From contig CAKOWQ010000001.1 of NCBI GenBank assembly GCA_934122395.1, forward strand, positions 125,602 to 189,601: a stretch of DNA of 64,000 bases, read 5' to 3'. The position numbers were made by a program, and so were the translations under genes. Below, in pieces: positions 1 through 9,295 of this stretch. Numbering within the stretch: the first letter of the stretch is position 1; each line of letters begins with the position of its first letter. Source of the DNA: an uncultured Bacilli bacterium (lineage in GTDB: Bacteria > Bacillota_I > Bacilli_A > RF39 > UBA660). The notes under the pieces were generated by a model. That model was given only the letters and a program-made list of their open reading frames with translations, was not told the origin of the DNA and searched no databases.

Positions 1-667
1 TTTCTCCGATTAGTATTATGTTTGGGTCTTGACGTAAGATTGATCTTAATACCGCTGCAAAAGTTAATCCTATTTCACTATTAACTTGTACTTGATTTAT
101 TCCTTCAATATTCATTTCTATTGGATCTTCAACAGTAATGATATTGGTTTCTTCTTTATTTAATGCTTGTAACATAGAGTAGGTAGTAGTAGATTTACCA
201 GAACCTGTAGCACCAGTTACTAATATAATTCCATTAGGAACTGCCATCATCTTTTCTACTAATTGTAAGTTTTTAGGAGAGAACCCTAATGAATCCATAC
301 CAGTTAAACTTTTAGTAAAGTCAAGAATACGGATAACTACTTTTTCACCTTCGTTAGTTGGTAGAGCAGATACACGCATGTCCAAATCTTTTCCTTCGAT
401 ACGTCCTTTAATGGCTCCATCTTGTGGTAGTCTTGTCTCAGTGATATTCATGTTAGAAATAAGTTTAACTCTGGTAGTTAAGTTACGTTCATATTCTTTA
501 GGAATGATGGTATGATCTTTTAATTCACCATCCAAACGCATTCTAACGATTAGACAATCCTCCCTAGGATCCAAATGTATGTCACTGGCGTTATGTTGCG
601 CAGCATACAATATGATTTGGTTTACAATATCAACTATTGGTACGTGTTGTAAATCGTATTCTACCAT
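1..667 (-). CDS. Type IV pilus/competence assembly ATPase, ComGA/GspE family (partial, 3' end beyond window)
   Basis: Reverse-strand translation from ATG at ~667: MVEYDLQHVPIVDIVNQIILYAAQHNASDIHLDPRED…LVTGATGSGKSTTTYSMLQ. Walker A ~140 aa from the start as in short ComGA-type ATPases. RBS AGGGGAC upstream. Confidence 0.8.
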   Translation of the reverse strand, partial: MVEYDLQHVPIVDIVNQIILYAAQHNASDIHLDPREDCLIVRMRLDGELKDHTIIPKEYERNLTTRVKLISNMNITETRLPQDGAIKGRIEGKDLDMRVSALPTNEGEKVVIRILDFTKSLTGMDSLGFSPKNLQLVEKMMAVPNGIILVTGATGSGKSTTTYSMLQALNKEETNIITVEDPIEMNIEGINQVQVNSEIGLTFAAVLRSILRQDPNIILIGE

Positions 668-761
668 ACTTTTGTCCCCTTTTATATTTTTCTATATAGC
701 ATTCTATTCTAATTTATTATATAATACATTTAGAAGATAATCAATAAAGGTAAGTGAAAAA

Positions 762-1337
762 ATGAAAAAGATTGACAATAAGGGGTTCGTAATTGTAGAA
801 ACTATTATCGTTGCTGTATTTATAATAGGTATTTGTACTTTTCTATTTGCAAACTTTATACCTTTGATAGGTGAATATGAAAGAGTAGAAAAATATGATA
901 CTTTAGAGAAAAAGTATAAAACAAATGAGATAAGAAAAATGATTTTAATGGAGTTAGATAATTCCAATGAGGAAATATTTACGTCAACTAATTCAAGTGT
1001 ATATAAGATATATTCTACTGTAAAGACTAAAGAAGGTGAAAAAGAAGTAACTACTAATGAAATATGTGGTTATTTGAAATCTGTTAATTATTGCAATACT
1101 CTTTTAGGAGAAGACTTTATGAATGTTAAAAGTGTTGTTGTAACGCCATTTAAATTAAGTGATTTTAAGAGCCTAGCAAAGAACAGTAATAAGTTTACTA
1201 AAGCAGAAAAACAATATATTGATTATTTACCTAGTTATAAGAAATATTCTAGTAGATATGATAGTTATTATAGAATACTTGTATTTTATAATGATGGAGA
1301 ATTTTCTAATATAGAGGTGCATTATGAAATTGGATAA
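762..1337 (+). CDS. Prepilin-type (pseudopilin/minor pilin) protein
   Basis: N-terminus MKKIDNKG|FVIVETIIVAVFIIGI matches a class III (prepilin peptidase) signal: G-F, Glu at +5 and a hydrophobic helix. Divergent from the ComGA-like gene. Confidence 0.7.
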   Translation: MKKIDNKGFVIVETIIVAVFIIGICTFLFANFIPLIGEYERVEKYDTLEKKYKTNEIRKMILMELDNSNEEIFTSTNSSVYKIYSTVKTKEGEKEVTTNEICGYLKSVNYCNTLLGEDFMNVKSVVVTPFKLSDFKSLAKNSNKFTKAEKQYIDYLPSYKKYSSRYDSYYRILVFYNDGEFSNIEVHYEIG

Positions 1338-1875
1338 TAAAGGTTTTACAGTAATAGAATTAATTTTAAGTTTTACTTTAGTTATGTTTCTAACGCTAGG
1401 AATGTTTGCTCTAGTTAATAATTATCGAGCAAGAGAAGAAAAAGAATCAGTAAGAAAAGAACTTTTAGCTTACCAAAATACTTTAACTCAAGATATTTAT
1501 AATGATACTCTAGAAAGAAAAGTTAAAAGTATGAATTATTGTAAGGATAATAGTGGGCAAGTAATAAATCAATGTATTAATATAGATTTTTTAGATGGTA
1601 CTTCAAAAGAGTTACAAATAAAAAATAGAGAAATAGAAACAGAAGAGGATGGTACTACTTTTAGTTACAGTACTTTTAATATAATTTATGGTGGGGTTGC
1701 TTATGAAAATCCTGAACCTAAATTTGCAACGATTGTAAATGATTATATATTAACTATGACTACTGTTGATAATAACTTGGAAAAAGGTGTTATTTATAAA
1801 ATAAAGATTCGTATTAAATATCAGGATATAGATGATGAATTTGTAGTTGAGGTAATTACTACAGGTAGGGAATAA
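1324..1875 (+). CDS. Prepilin-type (pseudopilin/minor pilin) protein
   Basis: N-terminus MKLDNKG|FTVIELILSFTLVMFL (G-F-T-V-I-E prepilin motif). Start overlaps the upstream pilin gene by 14 nt, indicating translational coupling. Confidence 0.7.
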   Translation: MKLDNKGFTVIELILSFTLVMFLTLGMFALVNNYRAREEKESVRKELLAYQNTLTQDIYNDTLERKVKSMNYCKDNSGQVINQCINIDFLDGTSKELQIKNREIETEEDGTTFSYSTFNIIYGGVAYENPEPKFATIVNDYILTMTTVDNNLEKGVIYKIKIRIKYQDIDDEFVVEVITTGRE

Positions 1876-2845
1876 TAATATCAAAAGTAAAGTAGATTAT
1901 ACACCCTGTTAGTAATGCATGTAATATTCTTGCAGTTAAATATGGCAAGTATTTAATGTTAGTATTAGATAAAATATTCATAACTTGCATATGAATACTT
2001 AAACCACCAAAGGATATAAATGATCCTATTATGGTGGCTTTTATTTTTAAAGATAAATTTAATAAAGCAATGTTTTTTATGCCACCAGTCATTTCTAATA
2101 TTCCACTTATAATAGCACTAGTAAACTTATTAGTATTAAAGATATTTTTTATTAGAGAATTAATAATTAAAAAAACAGTAATTATACCTAGCAAAAGTAA
2201 TAAAGTATTTATAGTTTTAAAAATGCTATTACTAAGAATAGTACTAAAAGAAGAATTATTTTTTATTCTTCTTTTATACATTTTATTAATTCCTGATTTA
2301 ATTGATATTTTTTCTTGTACATATTTCTTTTCTTTAGGCCTATAAATTATTGCTATTATAAAGTTACTTAAAATATGAATACTCAAAATAAAAATTCCAA
2401 CATTTTTGTTGTTTAATAATAAAACTCCTATGGTACCTATAACAAATAAGGGATTAGAAAAGTGGTTAAATTTTAATAGATAACTAGCGTCAAATTCTGA
2501 TATTTGATTGTTTGTAAGTAGTTCATTAATATATTTGCTACTGCTAGGAAAACCTGATATTAGGCTTCCTATTAATACAAAAGATGCTTCCCCTGGTAAG
2601 TGAAAGATTTTATTCATTATGTTTTTTAATAATTCTCCTAATAATTCAACAAATCCATAATTTATTAGTAGTTCTGATATCAAAAAGAAAGGAAATAGTG
2701 AAGGAATTAAATTATCTTTCCAAATACTTATAGAAAAAGCTACTGCATTCATAACAGTAGTAGGAAATGTTAAAAATAAAATTATAATGGTAACTAATAA
2801 AACAGTAATTATTAAAGTTGTTATTTTTGTTTTCATAATTATCAA
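1859..2845 (-). CDS. ylbJ: Sporulation integral membrane protein YlbJ (nucleoside-transporter-like)
   Basis: 328-aa polytopic membrane protein with YlbJ-like sequence. Adjacent divergent YlbL-like gene, as in B. subtilis. Confidence 0.6.
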   Translation of the reverse strand: MIIMKTKITTLIITVLLVTIIILFLTFPTTVMNAVAFSISIWKDNLIPSLFPFFLISELLINYGFVELLGELLKNIMNKIFHLPGEASFVLIGSLISGFPSSSKYINELLTNNQISEFDASYLLKFNHFSNPLFVIGTIGVLLLNNKNVGIFILSIHILSNFIIAIIYRPKEKKYVQEKISIKSGINKMYKRRIKNNSSFSTILSNSIFKTINTLLLLLGIITVFLIINSLIKNIFNTNKFTSAIISGILEMTGGIKNIALLNLSLKIKATIIGSFISFGGLSIHMQVMNILSNTNIKYLPYLTARILHALLTGCIIYFTFDIIIPYL

Positions 2846-2878
2846 TCTTTCTGTTATAATTAAATAGGATGTGATTTT

Positions 2879-3895
2879 ATGCTTGGTAAAATATATGATA
2901 AATTCATAAAATTTATAAAAGAAAATTATAAAGAAATAATATTTTTAATACTATTTTATCTTATTATGACTTTTCCAGTACCATATTATATTTGTGTGTC
3001 TGGAGGTACTATAGATGTCGGTAAAAGACTAGATGTTGAAAACGGCTATACTGAAAAAGGCTCTTTTAATTTAGCGTATGTTTCGGAACTTAGAGGAACT
3101 ATTCCAACTTACTTATTAAGTTATGTTATTCCAACTTGGGAGAGAATTAAAATCGATAGTTATCAATTAAATGAAGATGAAACTATGGATGATGTTTCTA
3201 ATAGAGATAAAATGTATTTATTGGATGCAAATCAATCTGCTATATATGTCGCATATACTAAAGCAGGAAAGACTTTTACAATTAATAATCATCATTATTA
3301 TGTTTACTATGTTGATGAAAAAGCTAATGACAAAATAAAAGTAGGGGATGAACTATTAGGAGTAGATTCATCTAATATAGTTGATCTCGATGCTTTTAAA
3401 GAGTATATAAACACTAAGAATGTAGGAGACGAATTAAACATTAAGTTAAAAAGAAATAACAAAGAGTTTGAAGTTTCTACAACCGTATTTGAAGAAGAAG
3501 GAAAAAAATATGTTGGGATTGCTTTCTTTGATTTATTAGATTATGAAGTAGATCCTAGTATTACGTTGAAATTTAAGGAAAGTGAGACTGGACCATCAGG
3601 TGGACTTACATTATCTCTTGCTATTTATAATAAACTAGTTAGTGAAGATATAACTAAGGGTAAAAAAATAGTAGGAACTGGTACTATTGATCTTGATGGT
3701 ACAGTAGGAGAAATTGGTGGAGTCAAATATAAACTATTAGGAGCGGTTAAGAAAAAAGCAGACATATTTATTGTTCCTAATGGAAGCAATTATGAAGAAT
3801 GTATTAAGTTAAAAAAAGAAAAAGGATATAAAATTAAAATTATTGGTGTTGATACATTTGATGATGCCGTTAACAAACTAAAAGAATTGAAATAA
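2879..3895 (+). CDS. ylbL: PDZ domain / Lon-like S16 C-terminal protease domain protein (YlbL-like)
   Basis: 338 aa with an N-terminal TM segment, a PDZ-like middle and a C-terminal motif GPSGGLTLSLAIYNKL…KIVGTGTID typical of the Lon proteolytic domain. Synteny with ylbJ. Confidence 0.65.
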   Translation: MLGKIYDKFIKFIKENYKEIIFLILFYLIMTFPVPYYICVSGGTIDVGKRLDVENGYTEKGSFNLAYVSELRGTIPTYLLSYVIPTWERIKIDSYQLNEDETMDDVSNRDKMYLLDANQSAIYVAYTKAGKTFTINNHHYYVYYVDEKANDKIKVGDELLGVDSSNIVDLDAFKEYINTKNVGDELNIKLKRNNKEFEVSTTVFEEEGKKYVGIAFFDLLDYEVDPSITLKFKESETGPSGGLTLSLAIYNKLVSEDITKGKKIVGTGTIDLDGTVGEIGGVKYKLLGAVKKKADIFIVPNGSNYEECIKLKKEKGYKIKIIGVDTFDDAVNKLKELK

Positions 3896-3958
3896 TCAGT
3901 TCTTTTTTCTTTAAAAAAATACCTCTGTTTGGTATAATAATTGATGTGGTGAAGTAAT

Positions 3959-6511
3959 ATGAAACGTAGTGAAGTAGATAGGACTAAATTAAGTCCTATG
4001 ATGCAGCAATATTTAGATATTAAAGACAAGTATAATGATACCATTATCTTTTTTCGTCTTGGAGACTTTTATGAAATGTTCTTTGAAGATGCAGTTATCT
4101 GTAGTAGAGAATTAGAACTAGCATTAACTGGTAGAAATGCAGGCCTTGAAGAAAGAGTTCCAATGTGTGGTATTCCATATCATGCTTATATTGGATATTT
4201 AACTAAATTAGTAGATAAAGGTTATAAAGTGGCTATCTGTGAACAACTAACAGATCCTAAAGATACTAAAGGTATGGTAGATAGAGATGTCGTTCAAGTA
4301 ATTACTAAAGGTACTATGCTTGATAATACTTTGAATGAAAAAGATAATAGTTATGTTGGTAATATATATGATTTTGAATATTGTTATGGGGTTACTTATA
4401 CTGATATTACTACCGGATACTTCTATGCTTTAATATTAGAACACGATCAAAATAAACTAATAAAAGAAATAGTTAATCGTAATATTATTGAAGTAATAGT
4501 AAATGATAAAATAGATCGTGAAATAATAAGCGTATTGAGAGACAATTATCATTTATTGGTAACTATTACTGATGGATTATGTGAGGATAGTGAATATAGT
4601 TATTTATATGATAAGATTGATGATATTAGAATAGTAACGGCAGTAAAGCACTTATTACAATACTTGATTGACGTTAAAAAAGGTAATTTATCACACTTAC
4701 AAAAAGTAGAAGTAGTTGATACTAATAAATATTTAACTTTTGATATACATACTAAAAGGAACCTAGAACTTACTGAAACTATTAGATTAGGTGAAAGAAC
4801 TTATTCACTTTTATGGCTACTTGATAAAACTAAAACAGCAATGGGTAGTAGAGCATTAAAATCTAATATTGAAAATCCATTAACTGATGTTAAAGAAATA
4901 AATTCACGATACGATATTATTGAAAAATTACTTACTGAATTTATATTAAAAGAAGAATTGATACGTAATTTAAATGAAGTATATGACTTAGAACGTTTAG
5001 CCGGAAGAATTAGTTATGGTAACTTAAATGCTAGAGACTTGTTACAGTTAAAAAACTCTTTAAAAGTATTACCGGATATAAAAAGAATATTGGAAGAGAT
5101 TAAATATCCTAAGACTATTAATACTTTGGATGATGTATATGATTTATTGGAAAAATCAATTAATGATGATGCTCCTATTACAGTAAAAGAAGGTGGATTA
5201 ATTAAAGAAGGTTATTCTAGTGAGTTAGATGAATTAAAAAGTATTAGTAGTGGTTCTAAAGACTTTATTTTAAAAATAGAACAAGATGAAAAAGAACGTA
5301 CTGGAATTAAAAACTTAAAAGTAGGATTTAATAAAGTATTTGGTTATTATATAGAAGTATCTAAGAGCAATATTCCTTTAATTAAAGATGAGTATGGCTA
5401 CGATAGAAAACAAACTCTAGCTAACTGTGAGAGATTTATTACACCTCTTCTAAAAGAAAAAGAAAATATTATTTTAGGGGCTGAAGAGAAAATAATTAAT
5501 TTAGAATATAAATTATTTATTGAAATACGTGATTATATTCGTGAATACATTGGAATAATTCAAGATGTTTCAAGAGTTATTGCTGAAGTTGATATGATGG
5601 CTTCTTTAGCGACTGTTAGTGAAGAAAATGGTTATGTTAGACCTGTTATTACTAATGAACGAGTAATTTCTATTAAAGATGGACGTCATCCAGTAGTAGA
5701 AAAGGTAAGTAAAAAAGAATATGTACCTAATGATATTATGATGGGAAAAGGTGTTGATATATTACTTATTACTGGACCTAATATGGCTGGTAAATCAACT
5801 TATATGCGACAACTTGCAATTACTGTTATAATGGCTCAAATAGGGTCTTTTGTACCAGCTAAGAGTTGTACTATTCCTATATTTGATAAGATCTTTACAA
5901 GAATAGGTGCTAGTGATGATTTAGTTAGTGGTGAATCTACTTTTATGGTAGAAATGAAAGAAGCTAATAATGCTATTCAAGAAGCTACTCCTAATAGTTT
6001 AATACTATTTGATGAATTAGGTAGAGGAACTGCAACATATGATGGTATGAGTCTTGCTCAGGCAATACTTGAATATATTCATGATAAGATTAAAGCTAAA
6101 ACATTATTTTCAACTCACTATCATGAATTAACAACTCTATCAGCTGATTTAACAAATTTAAGAAACGTTCATGTAAGTGCTATAGAAGAAGATGGCAAAA
6201 TTACTTTCTTACATAAAATAAAACAAGGGGCAGTAGATAAAAGTTATGGTATCCATGTAGCGTCTTTAGCAAAGCTTCCTAAATCTTTAATTGAACGTGC
6301 TAATGAAATACTTGATGTGTATGAAAATAAAAACAATAAAAAGCAACCGTTCGTTCAAACATCGTTATTTTTAAATGCTGATGAAAAAGAACAAGAAGAA
6401 GAGAATTATGTAGAAGAAAAAATAAAAGAAATAGATCCGTTAAAAATGACTCCTATTGAAGCTTTAAATTTCCTATACGAATTAAAAAAGTCTTTAAAAG
6501 ACAAAGAATAA
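3959..6511 (+). CDS. mutS: DNA mismatch repair protein MutS
   Basis: 850 aa. Motifs GPNMAGKSTYMRQ (Walker A), DELGRGT, STHYHEL. N-terminal mismatch-binding domain. Confidence 0.95.
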   Translation: MKRSEVDRTKLSPMMQQYLDIKDKYNDTIIFFRLGDFYEMFFEDAVICSRELELALTGRNAGLEERVPMCGIPYHAYIGYLTKLVDKGYKVAICEQLTDPKDTKGMVDRDVVQVITKGTMLDNTLNEKDNSYVGNIYDFEYCYGVTYTDITTGYFYALILEHDQNKLIKEIVNRNIIEVIVNDKIDREIISVLRDNYHLLVTITDGLCEDSEYSYLYDKIDDIRIVTAVKHLLQYLIDVKKGNLSHLQKVEVVDTNKYLTFDIHTKRNLELTETIRLGERTYSLLWLLDKTKTAMGSRALKSNIENPLTDVKEINSRYDIIEKLLTEFILKEELIRNLNEVYDLERLAGRISYGNLNARDLLQLKNSLKVLPDIKRILEEIKYPKTINTLDDVYDLLEKSINDDAPITVKEGGLIKEGYSSELDELKSISSGSKDFILKIEQDEKERTGIKNLKVGFNKVFGYYIEVSKSNIPLIKDEYGYDRKQTLANCERFITPLLKEKENIILGAEEKIINLEYKLFIEIRDYIREYIGIIQDVSRVIAEVDMMASLATVSEENGYVRPVITNERVISIKDGRHPVVEKVSKKEYVPNDIMMGKGVDILLITGPNMAGKSTYMRQLAITVIMAQIGSFVPAKSCTIPIFDKIFTRIGASDDLVSGESTFMVEMKEANNAIQEATPNSLILFDELGRGTATYDGMSLAQAILEYIHDKIKAKTLFSTHYHELTTLSADLTNLRNVHVSAIEEDGKITFLHKIKQGAVDKSYGIHVASLAKLPKSLIERANEILDVYENKNNKKQPFVQTSLFLNADEKEQEEENYVEEKIKEIDPLKMTPIEALNFLYELKKSLKDKE

Positions 6512-6565
6512 TAATATTGATAAATTAAGTAATTATTGCTATAATTTCATTAAGGTAGGTGTCTT

Positions 6566-6817
6566 ATGAAATTTGCAATAATAAAAGATGGAAAAGAGAT
6601 TGAGTGTGAAATTTTATTTACTTTTCATGATGATAGTAATGATTTAAATTATATTGTGTATACTGATGGTACTAAGGATAGTGACGATGAGTTAGAAATA
6701 CTAGCAGCAAGATATAAAGAAAAAGATAAGAAGTATATTTTAGAGGAAATCAAGACTGATTTTGAATGGAATTTAATAGATAATATGATTGAATCATATT
6801 TTGAGGAAGTTAAATAA
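6566..6817 (+). CDS. DUF1292-family small protein
   Basis: 83-aa acidic protein with the Firmicutes DUF1292 pattern …YIVYTDG…ILAARY. Confidence 0.5.
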   Translation: MKFAIIKDGKEIECEILFTFHDDSNDLNYIVYTDGTKDSDDELEILAARYKEKDKKYILEEIKTDFEWNLIDNMIESYFEEVK

Positions 6818-6819
6818 TT

Positions 6820-8046
6820 ATGGAACATTTTGAAGTATTTGTAGATCACAGTGGACACTTAGTTTTAAATCGTTATGACACTAGAAACCCATCTAGGATA
6901 GAAAATATTGCTAGGAAAGCAGATGTATATTATCCTTTGAAGGAATTATCTAAATATCCTATAAGGCACGTTGATATTTATGAGCAAAGGGATCTATCAG
7001 TTACGTTTGATGGATTCGTAGTTGATTTTATTAATTGTGATAGATTAGACCGCTATGAAATGGTGATGGCACCAATGATTAAAAAAGTGGATAAGGCTAT
7101 GCAACAAGATAGGATAAGAGAGATAAAAAAGTCTAGAGAGAAAAAAGGGTTAAATACTGCACCTAAAGTTAAACGAACAAATAAACATTCTGGGCTTCAA
7201 TTGGTAGCCGGGGCTGTTGTTCTTGCAACTCTTGCTACAACTGCACACTTTATGTTGGGAGCAAAGGCAGAAGAATCTGTTAAGGATAATCCTCCAACCA
7301 ACATTGAAATTGTTGAAGTAGGTAATAAAGATGATGAATTTTCTATTGATAATCTAGTATTTGTTGATAATAAGGTAGCTAATAATATTTCAGATTCTAA
7401 TACTATAAGTATTAATTATGAAGACAGATCTAATACTGAAAAAGCAAGAAAAACAAAAGCACTGTATGGTGATATTATAGAAAAATATGCAGAAGATTAT
7501 GGACTTGATCCTATTTTAGTTACTGCTGTTGCTACCCAAGAACGTGGAGTTCACTCTAGCATTATGGATAAGGGCGGTGCAACAGGACTAATGCAAATTC
7601 AAAATTCAGTATGGGTAGGTCATGAAGTATCAGCCTATAATTTTGACACGGGCAAAAAAGAAAGATTTGAAGTTACTGATGAAATGCTTGGAAATGTAGA
7701 ATCTAATATAAAAATTGGATGCATGATTTTACAAAATGCAATGGAATATATGAATTACAATGTTTTAGCAGGTATCCAGTGTTACAATATGGGATATGGA
7801 AACATGAACAAGATACTTACAGAGTGCGCTATGAAAAATGGTACTACTAAACAAGCAATATTAAACGATCCTAATAATATTAGTTGGATGGATTATCGTG
7901 ATATTATCTCAGTAGGTGATCAAAAATATGCTGAACATGTACTATCTTGGATTGGACCTAATGTAAATATTAAAGTTAGTACTAATAACAAAGATACTTC
8001 GGTATTATGCTGTAACAATACTATTAGTGACACAAAAGTATATTAA
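6820..8046 (+). CDS. Membrane-anchored lytic transglycosylase (SLT domain) with a novel N-terminal cytoplasmic domain
   Basis: Central TM (LQLVAGAVVLATLATTAHFM). SLT family-1 motifs TQERGVHS…GATGLMQI…CYNMGYGN. Start 3 nt after the DUF1292 stop. Confidence 0.65.
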   Translation: MEHFEVFVDHSGHLVLNRYDTRNPSRIENIARKADVYYPLKELSKYPIRHVDIYEQRDLSVTFDGFVVDFINCDRLDRYEMVMAPMIKKVDKAMQQDRIREIKKSREKKGLNTAPKVKRTNKHSGLQLVAGAVVLATLATTAHFMLGAKAEESVKDNPPTNIEIVEVGNKDDEFSIDNLVFVDNKVANNISDSNTISINYEDRSNTEKARKTKALYGDIIEKYAEDYGLDPILVTAVATQERGVHSSIMDKGGATGLMQIQNSVWVGHEVSAYNFDTGKKERFEVTDEMLGNVESNIKIGCMILQNAMEYMNYNVLAGIQCYNMGYGNMNKILTECAMKNGTTKQAILNDPNNISWMDYRDIISVGDQKYAEHVLSWIGPNVNIKVSTNNKDTSVLCCNNTISDTKVY

Positions 8047-8088
8047 TATAAATTTAAAAAACTTACTATAATATAATAAGGAGGAGTT

Positions 8089-8799
8089 ATGAATATTATT
8101 GATGTATTGATTATATTATTAATCCTATGTGCTAGTGTGGTTGGATTTAAGCGTGGAGTATTAAAAGAAATTGTAATGACAGTAGGATTCTTATTAGTAT
8201 TTATTATATCGTTTAAATTAAAAAATCCTCTTGCTGAATGGTTTAGCTTACATCTACCTTTCTTTAAATTTGGAGGAATAGTAGAAGGAGCTACAGTATT
8301 AAATATTATCTTATACCAATTAATTGCATTTGTTCTTGTCTTTGCAGTAATTATGGTTATATTTAATGTAATACTAACAGTAACAGGATTTATTGAAAAA
8401 ATATTAAAATATACTATTATCTTAGGGATTCCATCTAAAATATTAGGAGCTATAGTTGGAGCTATTGAGGGTTATATTATCGCATTTTTTGTTGTATTTT
8501 TATTTAACCAACCTATGTTAGATGTAGGAATTATGAATGACTCTAAGTTTAAAGATCGTATTCTTTCTTCAACTCCAATACTAACAAATGTAGTATCAAG
8601 TGTTGGTGATACCGTTAGTGATGTATATAAACTAATAGAAAATAATAAAGATAATATGGATAGTGACGAATTTAATAGAGAAGCAATAAATATTATGCTT
8701 AAGCATAAAATGATCTCAGTAAGTTACGTTGAAAAATTGATTGATTATGGAAAAATAAGAATTCCTGGAATCGATTCAATACTTAATAATTATAGATAG
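8089..8799 (+). CDS. cvpA: CvpA family membrane protein
   Basis: N-terminus MNIIDVLIILLILCASVVGFKRGV and four TM segments, typical of CvpA. Confidence 0.7.
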   Translation: MNIIDVLIILLILCASVVGFKRGVLKEIVMTVGFLLVFIISFKLKNPLAEWFSLHLPFFKFGGIVEGATVLNIILYQLIAFVLVFAVIMVIFNVILTVTGFIEKILKYTIILGIPSKILGAIVGAIEGYIIAFFVVFLFNQPMLDVGIMNDSKFKDRILSSTPILTNVVSSVGDTVSDVYKLIENNKDNMDSDEFNREAINIMLKHKMISVSYVEKLIDYGKIRIPGIDSILNNYR

Positions 8800-8808
8800 G
8801 AGAAGATT

Positions 8809-9108
8809 ATGATAAAACATTTAACAAATGAAGATTTTAATAGTGAAATAAAAGAGGGTATGGTTTTAGTAGACTTTTATGCTGATTGGTGTGGACCATG
8901 TCGTATGTTATCTCCAGTTATAGAAGAAGTAGCAAAAGAATTACCAGATCTAAAAGTAATTAAAGTGAATGTTGATGAAAGAGAAGATATTGCTAAAATG
9001 TTTGGAGTTATGTCAATACCTACTTTAATATTATTTAGAGATGGTCAAATGGATAAAAAACAAGTTGGGTTTATGCCTAAAGAAGTATTGATGAGATGGT
9101 TTAATTAA
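8809..9108 (+). CDS. trxA: Thioredoxin
   Basis: 99 aa with the WCGPC active site. Confidence 0.92.
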   Translation: MIKHLTNEDFNSEIKEGMVLVDFYADWCGPCRMLSPVIEEVAKELPDLKVIKVNVDEREDIAKMFGVMSIPTLILFRDGQMDKKQVGFMPKEVLMRWFN

Positions 9109-9219
9109 ACACCCTTAAAAAAGGTTGTTTTTTTTATGGAATAATTTACCAAATAAAAACTTAATGGTTAAGGTTTATGATTAACTGTACAGTAAAAAAT
9201 AAAAAAGAGAATAAGTATC

Positions 9220-9249
9220 TTGCCAAATTCCTAGGGGGGGTGGTATAGT
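9220..9249 (+). promoter_or_regulatory. Sigma-A-type promoter with a G7 homopolymer in the spacer (putative phase-variation switch) for the 9296 gene
   Basis: TTGCCA (-35), 18-nt spacer aattcctaGGGGGGGtgg, then TGgTATAGT (extended -10). A similar architecture with G11 sits upstream of the paralog at 62394–63884. Confidence 0.55.
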
Positions 9250-9295
9250 AATTAAAGATAAATATAATTCGGAGCAATAATGAAAGAGAAGTATT

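Noticed and set aside
704-967. 87-aa minus-strand ORF overlapping the start of the first pilin gene
   Set aside because: Antisense to a well-supported prepilin gene. Low-complexity hydrophobic translation typical of AT-rich antisense frames.
2031-2345. 104-aa plus-strand ORF inside ylbJ
   Set aside because: Fully nested antisense within a coherent membrane-protein gene.
9109-9140. Putative terminator after trxA (acaccctt…aaggttg + T8)
   Set aside because: The stem is imperfect (about 5 of 7 pairs). It is left uncalled although a T8 run is present.
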